Assembly: GCA_038321985.1 (NCBI GenBank)
Contig: JBBQFN010000002.1
Location: forward strand, 128,001 to 192,000
DNA from: Cyanophyceae cyanobacterium
GTDB taxonomy: Bacteria; Cyanobacteriota; Cyanobacteriia; Cyanobacteriales; Laspinemataceae
DNA: 64,000 nt
Direction of reading: 5' to 3'
The position numbers and the translations under genes were made by a program. Under the pieces are notes generated by a model, which saw only the letters and a list, made by a program, of their open reading frames with translations, was not told the origin of the DNA and did no database searches. The stretch's first letter is position 1, and every line of letters starts with the position of its first letter. This document shows, in pieces, positions 10,439 through 19,150 of this stretch.

Positions 10439-11675
10439 ACAAGCAACCCACTACCTCGCCCGTATTGTTCCCTTTGAACCTGCGGTTTTCAAAGCTGTTT
10501 TTGTGGTAACATTTGTATCAAGATTAGGGGCGGCTAGAGGTGGAGATAGCCCTAGCCCTAAAGTAAAAGAAGAGTAGAAATTTCAACCTATGATGCGATC
10601 GCCCTCCTCCAAAACCCCCTCAATTCTCACTCGGATCACTCACTCTCAATCAGAGTTGTATATTTCTAAAAAAATCCCTCCCAACTAAGGCAGGACGGAG
10701 TACGCAGGGCATTACCAGAATTGCCCCGAACTCTGCTGGGGTTGGTTATATCCCCCAAAATCTAGCGTAAGTCCTGGGAGGAATTCATGGGATGGATCAT
10801 CGGAGTGTTTCCTTGTGGTTTTTTGCTTCATCAATGCACCAAAGGTCCCGCCCTCAAATCCAGCGATCGGGCGTTATTCCCTACGACAGGGGGATCTGAC
10901 TTTGGGGACCCCAGAATTAACCCATCAACTCTCGTATCATTTGACACGGAAATAGGTTTTGCCCCATGCTTAATGTGAAGACAACGTTTAAAAAAATCTG
11001 AATTAACACCGTCCCATGCTCGATCGCCTGTGGAAAACATTAGAAAGACCATTTCACCTGCCTTTGGGTGTAGCCCTTCCAGTGCGTCTAGAAACCTTAA
11101 AAAATCGAACCTATGGCTATTCCCCTCCCTTACCCCTACCATTCCCCTATCAGTCCTACTTCCGGATTGCCCGACTTTTAACGAAAGTTATCTATTTTTT
11201 TCAAAGAACCGTTTAGCTAAATAGCAACTGAATTCACTCATTCCCCCAGCTATTCTTCAAGTGCGGGGGTAATATTTCATCAATCAAACTGCCCGGTTTC
11301 ACTTCAGAAAAATTAAATTTACCCCTTTTTCTAACTGGAAATACCCCTTGAGTTCAGAGTCAAAATTTAACCCTTTACCTATAAAGTAAAGGAAAAACTT
11401 TTCTAACTCAAACTAACAGACCCGAACTCAAAAAGTGAGGTTTTAACTCTTATTAATAGGCAGACAGCAGAGGAAAATCATCTAAATCAACCGGATTGGA
11501 GGAGAACCCAGGGGGGTCTAGAAAAGAAAGGGGTGAGGGGTAAGAGTCCTTTCACCAGCCCTCTGTGATAACGATCGCATCAACCCTTGAGACCGATCGT
11601 GGAACCCGATTGAAAACTGCTCTAGGATAAGTAATAAAGGTTAATGTTTTGGTTGCACTAGGCCAGGATAAAACG

Positions 11676-11804
11676 ATGGAGCAAACAAATCCCCCACTGC
11701 GTCAGAATCCATTTCAGACTTATCGAGATCCCGTGACAGGTCAATGGATTGTGGTAAAGCCGTCTGAGACAACCCACTCCAACTCGTCTCAAAGAGCCGC
11801 CTAA
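11676..11804 (+). CDS. Small protein, 42 aa (MEQTNPPLRQNPFQTYRDPVTGQWIVVKPSETTHSNSSQRAA), not in the ORF track
   Basis: ATG preceded by AGGA; NPFxTYRDPxTGxWxVV motif resembles small cyanobacterial proteins; hairpin plus T-run downstream at about 11910-11952. Confidence 0.65.
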   Translation: MEQTNPPLRQNPFQTYRDPVTGQWIVVKPSETTHSNSSQRAA

Positions 11805-12622
11805 CTGCAAGGGAACCTATCGGATTACCTAAAATTTGGCAAACTCATTTATAAGATCAGCCTCATCCCGAAAAAAGCAACAGAACAAAAACTTCTAATT
11901 TTTATACCCTGTCGCTTTTAGCTTAATTGCCTAAAAAAGTGACGCGTTTTTTAAGGGGTAGGGCAGTTTTTTTAAACGACCTCAGTTAGGATAACTTTTA
12001 TTTTTAGGGTGGCGATCGCCCCCAGCAAATTTTTCCACGGCAAGGGTGGAAAGAGTCGGGGGATTGGTCCATTTAACAAGACTCAAACCCGAGTGTGCTC
12101 GCCTCAAAAAAGCGATCGCCCTGTGGTGGTTTTCCAGGGGTTAATTAAAATACCCCTAAATAGGGAGTCGGCAGTATCCCTCGTCTTGCCAGATTCTCAA
12201 CTGTCCATCAACCGCTGCGGTTAATTTCTAGCCCCAATCAGGGTTTAAGGCATTCCTCAGCGATCGGATCAAATAGTGACACCCTCCAACCCGGATTAGA
12301 AAACCAACCCCGCTAGAGTTGATTTATCAAAAATTAAGGCTAGCGACCATGTTAAACCGAATTTTTTTAACCCTGGCGATCGTATCCTCTTTAAACTTTT
12401 TTTTAAGCAGTACCTTCACCACTCCCGAACCCACCCGTTCTTCGGTCTCTCAAAACCCTGTCTACTCAATTTTGCCCCAGGAATGGTAGCATCCCCGACG
12501 CCCCTGAATCATTCCGGATTGATCCCCTCAACCCTCCTGATCCAGGGGGGCTTTTTATGGTTTTGAACTTCTGGAAGGAATTTAGATAAATTATGGAGGA
12601 AAAAGGATAGAGAATCAGGGAA

Positions 12623-13204
12623 ATGAGGGATAAAAAGGCTATGGCAAACCCAACAAGGGATGAGGTACAAGTCGCGCGATCGCTGGTGTTAAAGGTCGGA
12701 GAAAAAGGAACTCTCGACGCCGAAAGCTTGCAAGAGGCGATCGCCATTCTGGAAAAAGCACAAATCCGGGGCGATCGCTCGTTGCTAGAGGGGGAATGGC
12801 GGTTGCTGTGGACTTCGGGAACGAGAAAGTCTCAGAAATTTAAGATCACAGGAGACAGTCTCAATCGCAAAGCGACTGCTGAAGTCCTCCAGCGCATTGA
12901 TATGCAGCGACAGTGGTTTGAAAATCAAGTTGCGCTGACGTGGGGTTCTTTAACCGTAGGGGGTCCCTTTGAGTACAAGCAGCACCGCATCCAATTCCAC
13001 TTTAAGCGCGTCGGGGTACAACTTGGAACCCGGCGCGGACTAACATTGCCCCTGGGCAAGTGGGCCTCGGGATGGCTACAAACTACCTACCTAGACGAGG
13101 GCTTGCATCTAGAACGGGGAGACCGAGGCGGGATTTCCGTCTACCGGCAAGTGGGGACTTCACCCCTAAGCCTCTACAAAGATAACGATAGAATAATACT
13201 TTGA
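12623..13204 (+). CDS. PAP/fibrillin family protein
   Basis: LLEGEWRLLWTS, GWLQTTYLDEGLHLERGDRGGISV. Confidence 0.85.
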   Translation: MRDKKAMANPTRDEVQVARSLVLKVGEKGTLDAESLQEAIAILEKAQIRGDRSLLEGEWRLLWTSGTRKSQKFKITGDSLNRKATAEVLQRIDMQRQWFENQVALTWGSLTVGGPFEYKQHRIQFHFKRVGVQLGTRRGLTLPLGKWASGWLQTTYLDEGLHLERGDRGGISVYRQVGTSPLSLYKDNDRIIL

Positions 13205-13228
13205 CATACCCCAGCAGAGGAATGAATA

Positions 13229-13630
13229 ATGGTTGAGAAAGTCCAAAAATCTGAAAGCGAGTGGAAAGAGCAACTGACCCCAGAACAGTTCAAGGTCGCG
13301 AGAAAGAAGGGAACCGAAAGGGCCTTCAGCGGACCCTACCACGATAATAAAGAGAAGGGAGTCTATAAATGCGTCTGTTGCGGGACGGAGTTATTTACCT
13401 CACAGACGAAGTTTGACTCGGGTACAGGTTGGCCGTCCTTCTGGGCACCGATTCAAGAAGGACATATCGCTGAAGAAGAGGACCGGGCGATGTTTATGCG
13501 TCGAACCGAAGTGCTTTGTGCCAATTGTGACGCCCATTTGGGTCATGTTTTCCCTGATGGACCGAAACCGACGGGGTTGCGCTACTGCATTAATTCTGCA
13601 TCGCTCAACTTTGAGAAAGCTCAAGATTAA
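13229..13630 (+). CDS. msrB: Peptide-methionine (R)-S-oxide reductase
   Basis: [33 protein letters not shown]. Confidence 0.97.
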   Translation: MVEKVQKSESEWKEQLTPEQFKVARKKGTERAFSGPYHDNKEKGVYKCVCCGTELFTSQTKFDSGTGWPSFWAPIQEGHIAEEEDRAMFMRRTEVLCANCDAHLGHVFPDGPKPTGLRYCINSASLNFEKAQD

Positions 13631-14025
13631 TGGGGGGAGAAGGTCAGGTGGCGATCGCAACCTCTGACCGTTGAACTCCCCGGAAGCACCTGGGCAACGC
13701 CTACTCTGCGATCTAACAATATCTCCCGCTCTCAATCGGACGGGGTGTCATCATAAGGTATATCGTCTGTATTCACGATAACACCACGAGGGGTAATCCC
13801 CCTCTTTTTTTTACAAAAGTTTACCTTTTTTCTTGCGGTTGTTTTTAGCCGGTGTTTGCCGAAAGGTCAGGGAATCTTTATTGTAATACCACAATATTTT
13901 ACGGGCAAAAAATCCTGTAAAAGACTACCGGGCAAAGGGTTACTTCTTATATAAATTTTGCATTATCACCGCTAAAAATCTTTTAAGACCCCCTAAGAGG
14001 CTCTTAAAAAAAAACTAAAAACCCC

Positions 14026-14054
14026 TTGACAAAGAAAAACAGAGGCTCTTTAAT
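14026..14054 (+). promoter_or_regulatory. Sigma70-type promoter of the secreted-protein cluster
   Basis: TTGACA-N17-TTTAAT about 80 nt upstream of ATG 14135. Confidence 0.6.
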
Positions 14055-14134
14055 GAAGATGTTCAGAGGATTAAAGAGGTAAACACTTCTTACCCCTCTC
14101 TTCACCCCTTACTTACCTCAAACCTGAAAAAACA

Positions 14135-14542
14135 ATGATTACCTCTCTTAACGCTTATAAAACCGTTGCTCAAGCTGTCAAAATGTCGAAACTCAGTGGA
14201 CTGTTGGGATTATTGACCCTAGCGACTTTAGGCGTTGTAGCCCTTCCTGCTCAAGCTGGGGGATACCGTGTCAGTGGGGATAATGCAGTGATTCAAACCA
14301 GCGAACAACGTGCCGTGGTCACCGGCAATGGTAACTTTGTAGACCAAAATTCCGCCCAAACCAATATTGATCGCCGTGGCAGTGGACTCGGGAATCAAGG
14401 TGTGGTTCAGGACCAATTACAGAATGCCGATGTTTATGGACATCACAATCAAGTCCGTCAAAGCAATCGTCAAACTACTGTCGAAGCAGATAGTAATCGG
14501 TTCGCACCTCGCCCTCGTCCCCAGTACCAAAAGAAACATTAA
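14135..14542 (+). CDS. Secreted protein with two curlin-like Q/N repeats
   Basis: Signal peptide ending PAQA; two about 36-aa repeats V(I/V)Qx3QxAxVxGxxNxVxQx3QT. Confidence 0.75.
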   Translation: MITSLNAYKTVAQAVKMSKLSGLLGLLTLATLGVVALPAQAGGYRVSGDNAVIQTSEQRAVVTGNGNFVDQNSAQTNIDRRGSGLGNQGVVQDQLQNADVYGHHNQVRQSNRQTTVEADSNRFAPRPRPQYQKKH

Positions 14543-14571
14543 GGCGATCGCCCTTAGACGACTCCCGATCC

Positions 14572-14599
14572 TGACGTCGGGAGAAATCACCCGACGTCA
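14572..14599 (+). terminator. Intercistronic stem-loop after the first secreted gene
   Basis: TGACGTCGGG-N8-CCCGACGTCA perfect 10-bp stem with no clear U-tract. Confidence 0.5.
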
Positions 14600-14614
14600 T
14601 TCCCCTTCCTGACG

Positions 14615-14947
14615 GTGCAAATCATGTTCAAATCATTCAGCCGAGTCGGTCTAATCACCGCCATTTCCACCCTAGCGATCGCCAATCCCCTCGCTGCACA
14701 AGTCTCTCCTTACCGAGGCAGCAGTCGCCCGCCAACTCCCCCTATTGATCAACAAACCGTGATTACGGGAAACGGTAACACCGTTCAACAAAACGTCAAT
14801 CTCTATTATGTTGACCCCCGGGGTCGAGTCTTTCCCTATTCGTCTGCGCCATCCTCGACCAATCTCCAACAAGCAGTTAGCCCGAGTATCATCCGCACTC
14901 CGGTTAATCTTCCTAACCCTTCTTATCAAAATTTTCCCCGGTATTAA
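14615..14947 (+). CDS. Secreted protein with one curlin-like hairpin motif and Pro-rich flanks
   Basis: Signal peptide (PLAA|Q); IDQQTVITGNGNTVQQNVN matches the repeat in the upstream gene. Confidence 0.7.
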   Translation: MQIMFKSFSRVGLITAISTLAIANPLAAQVSPYRGSSRPPTPPIDQQTVITGNGNTVQQNVNLYYVDPRGRVFPYSSAPSSTNLQQAVSPSIIRTPVNLPNPSYQNFPRY

Positions 14948-15084
14948 TGGCGTAATTTTGATGATTTGGTGAAAAACAAATCAGACTCAATCTTGGTGCA
15001 TCTCCCTTTATCTTTTTCAATCCCATCGGGGAGAGGTTGCTGCCTCTTTTCTCCCAAATTTAGTCATCTTCCGGGATAAAAATC

Positions 15085-15504
15085 ATGAAAAAATTTCACC
15101 TTCTCAGCAGTTTATCGATTGCGGCATTATTCACGGCTGCCCCGGTTGCTACGGATTTAGCTGCCGCCCAATGTCTGCAAATTGATACCGGGGTGCAAGT
15201 GTCTATTAGTGGCGGTGGGCCAGCCCAGCAAACCAATACGGTAGATATGGGAACCCCAGGATCTTGTGGTGGCAATGCGACGGTTACCACAGGAACCCAA
15301 ATTCATGTCGGACCGGATCGCGCGGTTCAAAACCGCTCAGTTCGTCAGTCAATCCGAGGGGGAGAGCGATCGCTCAGGCAGACCAGCTATCCCATCCAAA
15401 TTCGGGTAAATCCACAAATCAATGTTGACAATCCCGCTGATCGTATTAACCTCCTTAATAATCCCGCCGAACGGTATCGAGAACAATTACGGTTAATTCA
15501 ATAA
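15085..15504 (+). CDS. Secreted beta-rich hypothetical protein with two Cys
   Basis: Signal peptide (AAA|QC); alternating V/I-Q/T strands. Confidence 0.8.
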   Translation: MKKFHLLSSLSIAALFTAAPVATDLAAAQCLQIDTGVQVSISGGGPAQQTNTVDMGTPGSCGGNATVTTGTQIHVGPDRAVQNRSVRQSIRGGERSLRQTSYPIQIRVNPQINVDNPADRINLLNNPAERYREQLRLIQ

Positions 15505-15570
15505 TAGTTAATTGGGATTAAATGTAAAGGTCAGGTTAGCTTCCGTATTTTTGTATTCAGGAAGAGAATT

Positions 15571-16209
15571 ATGTATAGAGCAATGAATTTAGTCGGGTAT
15601 TTAATCAAGCCTCCCCACCCCGTGAGATGGTTCGCCCTTTTCACCTGCTTAGCTGCATTGATCGCAGGTGCGACTCAGGCCCAGTCTCAAATGTTGATTC
15701 AGGTAGATGATCATGGTATTCGCGTAGAATCCGAGGGCGGTTTGAGCCTAGAATCGGTCCGCAGTCGCAGTCGCCTAGAGCGAGGGACTCACTTAGAGCG
15801 GTCCCGATTTGGGTTTCCCCCCTTCCCCCTAGAGCGCCTGAATCTGTTGTCTCAATCGACCTATTCCGGGCGATCGCCCCGGGTTACAGAGTCTCAAACC
15901 CAAGAAACTACCGGAATTACCGTGGATTCAGACGAATTAGCCCTGGAAGTTCGGGGCGATCGCGGCACTTACATCAGGGCAGAGATTACGATCGATGGCA
16001 GAGTCGTCGAAACCATTCGCGGCAACTACACGGCGATCGACCTGTCCTCCTATCTCAAGCGCGGTAAAAATGAGATTGAAATCACCGGAAGTTATACTCC
16101 GGCTAAATCTACTATTTATGTAGAGTTAACCGGCGATCAGAATACCGTCATGCAAGAAACCAGTGGCACGGGTCGGATCAACCAGACCCTAATCCTCGAT
16201 CGGCGCTAA
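15571..16209 (+). CDS. Secreted hypothetical protein with probable C-terminal beta-sandwich domain
   Basis: Signal peptide (TQA/AQS); EITIDGRVV...IDLSSYLKRGKNEIEITG beta-sandwich-like motif. Confidence 0.8.
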   Translation: MYRAMNLVGYLIKPPHPVRWFALFTCLAALIAGATQAQSQMLIQVDDHGIRVESEGGLSLESVRSRSRLERGTHLERSRFGFPPFPLERLNLLSQSTYSGRSPRVTESQTQETTGITVDSDELALEVRGDRGTYIRAEITIDGRVVETIRGNYTAIDLSSYLKRGKNEIEITGSYTPAKSTIYVELTGDQNTVMQETSGTGRINQTLILDRR

Positions 16210-16244
16210 TACCAAGCCGGGTTTTGCCAAGTCTATTTTCTTTT

Positions 16245-16278
16245 CAGCCCGCCTACGCGGGCTTTATTTTTGTAGCCG
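16245..16278 (+). repeat. REP-like palindrome / possible terminator ending the secreted cluster
   Basis: AGCCCGCCTACGCGGGCT followed by TTATTTTTGTAGCC. Confidence 0.55.
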
Positions 16279-16530
16279 AACCCTGCATTCTCACAGTCAA
16301 AAAAACCGACATCCTCTTTAATGAATGTCCCTATAACCTCTACAAGGGGAATATTTTCCCGGAATGGGGACATTACCCTCTGAAAAAAATAGATTAATCC
16401 GGATAAGTCTGCGGTCTTGCGGTAAAATATCTTATAAATGGAGCAAGGTTCTCGGTGAGCCTCTGAAATAGAGGAACTATCCGAGGATAACAGAGTCTCT
16501 AGTATTGTATCGTCAAGAGGCAGTAAATAG

Positions 16531-18441
16531 GTGTTTTCCCGCGAGTTCCTTACTCAGATAGCCCACCAGCATCAACTTTCTCCCGATCAGGAGCGAGTAT
16601 TTTTGCTACGGTTTGCCGAGGATCAGGACTACGAAGATATTGCCGAACAGGTACAAACTTCCAAAGGAGCCTGCCTCAAACGAATGGGCCAAGTTTATAA
16701 GAAATTTGGCATCGAAGGGGGGACTCGCGGGAAAGAAAGCGAACTCCGAGCATTTCTGGATCAACGCTGGGTGCAATATCGAGCCTCGGCATTTCCAGGT
16801 TTGGAGGTAAATCTGGGTTCGGCACCGACTAGAGGTGCAGATTCCCAGGTGTTACCGGAAACATCAAGTGCGATCGCTGCTGTCTCGACTCCAGCAATGG
16901 TGAGTCGGAAAGTTGCCATATTTTTCGGCGATCGCCAACCGGATGAACGACTACTCGACCCTTTAAAACAGGCGATCGCCAGTGCGGGTCATCAAATTAT
17001 CCTGGCAGGGGATCATCCCCAGTCAGCCGAGAAAGGATTGGCCCAACTGCAAGAGGAACTACAATCTTGCGAGCGCTTGTTACTGTTGCTCTCGGGACAA
17101 TCTGCCTTCAGTGACCTGTTAATTGAAGAAGTGCGCCTCGCCCGAGAAGTGCGAGAGACCCGCAAAGATGGCACACCGGATATGTTCGCGATTCGGATCA
17201 ACTGGCCGACGGATTCGCCGGTGAGCTACGATCTGCGCGTTTTATTACAAGGTGTACCCCAACGGGAATGGCGATCGCCGACCGATACCCCGGCGATCGT
17301 CAGCGAAGTGCTACAGGCGATCGCCACGGGTAGTCTCCCCCGGCAAGTTGCGGTAGAATCCGCCGTCATCAGCGCCTTAACCCCCACCTGGGAAAGTGCC
17401 GATGGTCGTCCCCTCCCCTTTGCGGGACCGGAACTCCCGGAAGGTCAAGTGGATTTAGCCTCTCCCTTCTACGTCAATCGCCCCCCGATCGAAGAGCGCT
17501 GTTATGAAATGATTTTGCAACCCGGTGCGCTGATTCGGATCAAAGCACCGCGACAAATGGGTAAAACTTCTCTGATGGCTCGGATTCTTAATCATGCCGC
17601 TAATCAGGGCTATCGTCCGGTACATTTGAGCTTTCACCTAGCCGATAAAGGAGTATTTGCCAGCCTCGATAAATTCTTACAATGGTTCTGTGCTTATATC
17701 GGTCAGCAGTTACAACTCCCCAATCACCTTCCCGAATATTGGGATGATTTTTTAGGAAGTAATGTTAACTGTAAAGCCTACTTTGAAGAGTATCTGCTCA
17801 AAGAAATTAACACCCCTTTAGCCTTATGTCTCGATGAAGTAGACCGGGTTTTTCAACATCCGGATATTGCCGATGACTTTTTTGGCTTATTGCGAGCATG
17901 GCACGAAGAATCAAAACGGCGCGAAATTTGGAAAAAACTTCGCTTAGTCGTGGTTCATTCCACGGAAGTTTATATTCCTATGAATATCAATCAATCCCCT
18001 TTTAATGTGGGATTACCGATTGAATTACCGGAATTTACCCCCAATCTCGTCCAAGATTTAGCCCAGCGATATGGAATCAATTGGCGAGAAACAGACGTCA
18101 ATTACCTTATGAATATGGTAGGAGGACACCCCTTTTTAGTACGGTTGGCGCTCTATCATATCGCTCGACAAGATATTACCCTAGAAACCCTGTTAAAAAC
18201 TGCTCCCACAGAAGCTGGTTTTTATAACGACCATTTGCGGCGTCACCTGTGGAATTTAGAACAGCATCCGGCATTGGCAAAAGCCATGAAAGAAGTTGTA
18301 TTTAGTCCAAATCCGGTGCGCTTACCCTCAGAACAGGCGTTTAAATTACACAGCATGGGGTTAGTCAAGTTTCAAGGCAATAATGCGATCGAACGATGTG
18401 ATTTATATCGCCAATATTTCCGTAATCGACTGGATGGATAG
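16531..18441 (+). CDS. HTH-TIR-like-AAA_35 (STAND-like) NTPase
   Basis: N-terminal HTH (LSPDQERVFLLRF...YEDIAEQV...LKRMGQVYKKF), TIR-like core (KVAIFF...LLLLLSGQSAFSDLLIEEV), Walker A APRQMGKTS, Walker B LCLDEVD, QSPFNVG. Confidence 0.88.
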   Translation: MFSREFLTQIAHQHQLSPDQERVFLLRFAEDQDYEDIAEQVQTSKGACLKRMGQVYKKFGIEGGTRGKESELRAFLDQRWVQYRASAFPGLEVNLGSAPTRGADSQVLPETSSAIAAVSTPAMVSRKVAIFFGDRQPDERLLDPLKQAIASAGHQIILAGDHPQSAEKGLAQLQEELQSCERLLLLLSGQSAFSDLLIEEVRLAREVRETRKDGTPDMFAIRINWPTDSPVSYDLRVLLQGVPQREWRSPTDTPAIVSEVLQAIATGSLPRQVAVESAVISALTPTWESADGRPLPFAGPELPEGQVDLASPFYVNRPPIEERCYEMILQPGALIRIKAPRQMGKTSLMARILNHAANQGYRPVHLSFHLADKGVFASLDKFLQWFCAYIGQQLQLPNHLPEYWDDFLGSNVNCKAYFEEYLLKEINTPLALCLDEVDRVFQHPDIADDFFGLLRAWHEESKRREIWKKLRLVVVHSTEVYIPMNINQSPFNVGLPIELPEFTPNLVQDLAQRYGINWRETDVNYLMNMVGGHPFLVRLALYHIARQDITLETLLKTAPTEAGFYNDHLRRHLWNLEQHPALAKAMKEVVFSPNPVRLPSEQAFKLHSMGLVKFQGNNAIERCDLYRQYFRNRLDG

Positions 18442-18504
18442 TTGAGATCCCGGTGCCTTCTGCCATAGTCGGGCCAGTTATATTCGAGGAGCTGATAAGT
18501 TTCC

Positions 18505-19101
18505 ATGACTCTCAAACATCTACCCGAAATTATCATGATGGTAGCTTTAACAATCCCTCTTAGTTTTACTCCTGCGGTCAATTCTGAAATGGTCAGAGTT
18601 TCACCGGAGAATTGCCCAAGAGAGAATCACCAAAAGTTAGCGCTATCTTCTGGCATAGCCGCAGAAAATGGAGGGTCACCTGGGGGTCAGGTGGTGCAAC
18701 CAATAGTTCCATCAGTAGCTTCTAAAAAATGTTCGGGGGTTTCATCGGTGGAATTGAAACCCGAAACCATACCGTTAGGGTTGGCACTAAGTAAACAAAG
18801 TAAAGATGCTTGTGCTGTTTCTGGGAGAATTTACGGAATTGAGCGCCAGAATTCCCGAGGAATTTATGTAGTGGTCATTGATCCGAATACGGACAATGCT
18901 TTGGCTCGATTTCCGGCTTATTCTACTTCGCCCAACCAACCGAATTATGAATTTTCCTTGATGCAACCGGGGCGCTATTTACTCAGTGTATTTCAAGATA
19001 GGGCCGGAACTTTAGTTCCTTTTAGGACGCGACCCAGTGAACGATTGATTAACTGTAGTCGGGGGAGTGAGTTGCCAGAAACAGACTTTGAGTTGCCATA
19101 A
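18505..19101 (+). CDS. Secreted Cys-containing protein with C-terminal beta-sandwich-like domain
   Basis: N-terminal hydrophobic signal; VSGRIY...YEFSLMQPGRYLLSV resembles carboxypeptidase-regulatory-like/prealbumin folds. Confidence 0.7.
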   Translation: MTLKHLPEIIMMVALTIPLSFTPAVNSEMVRVSPENCPRENHQKLALSSGIAAENGGSPGGQVVQPIVPSVASKKCSGVSSVELKPETIPLGLALSKQSKDACAVSGRIYGIERQNSRGIYVVVIDPNTDNALARFPAYSTSPNQPNYEFSLMQPGRYLLSVFQDRAGTLVPFRTRPSERLINCSRGSELPETDFELP

Positions 19102-19150
19102 ATCACAGGGTTGAAACCGAGGGCTAATGCAGGTAGATACGGGTGACTGG

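Noticed and set aside
10578..11224. Short ORFs on both strands (10787, 10831, 11016, 11030)
   Set aside because: They overlap each other and have no recognisable motifs or RBS; probably spurious.
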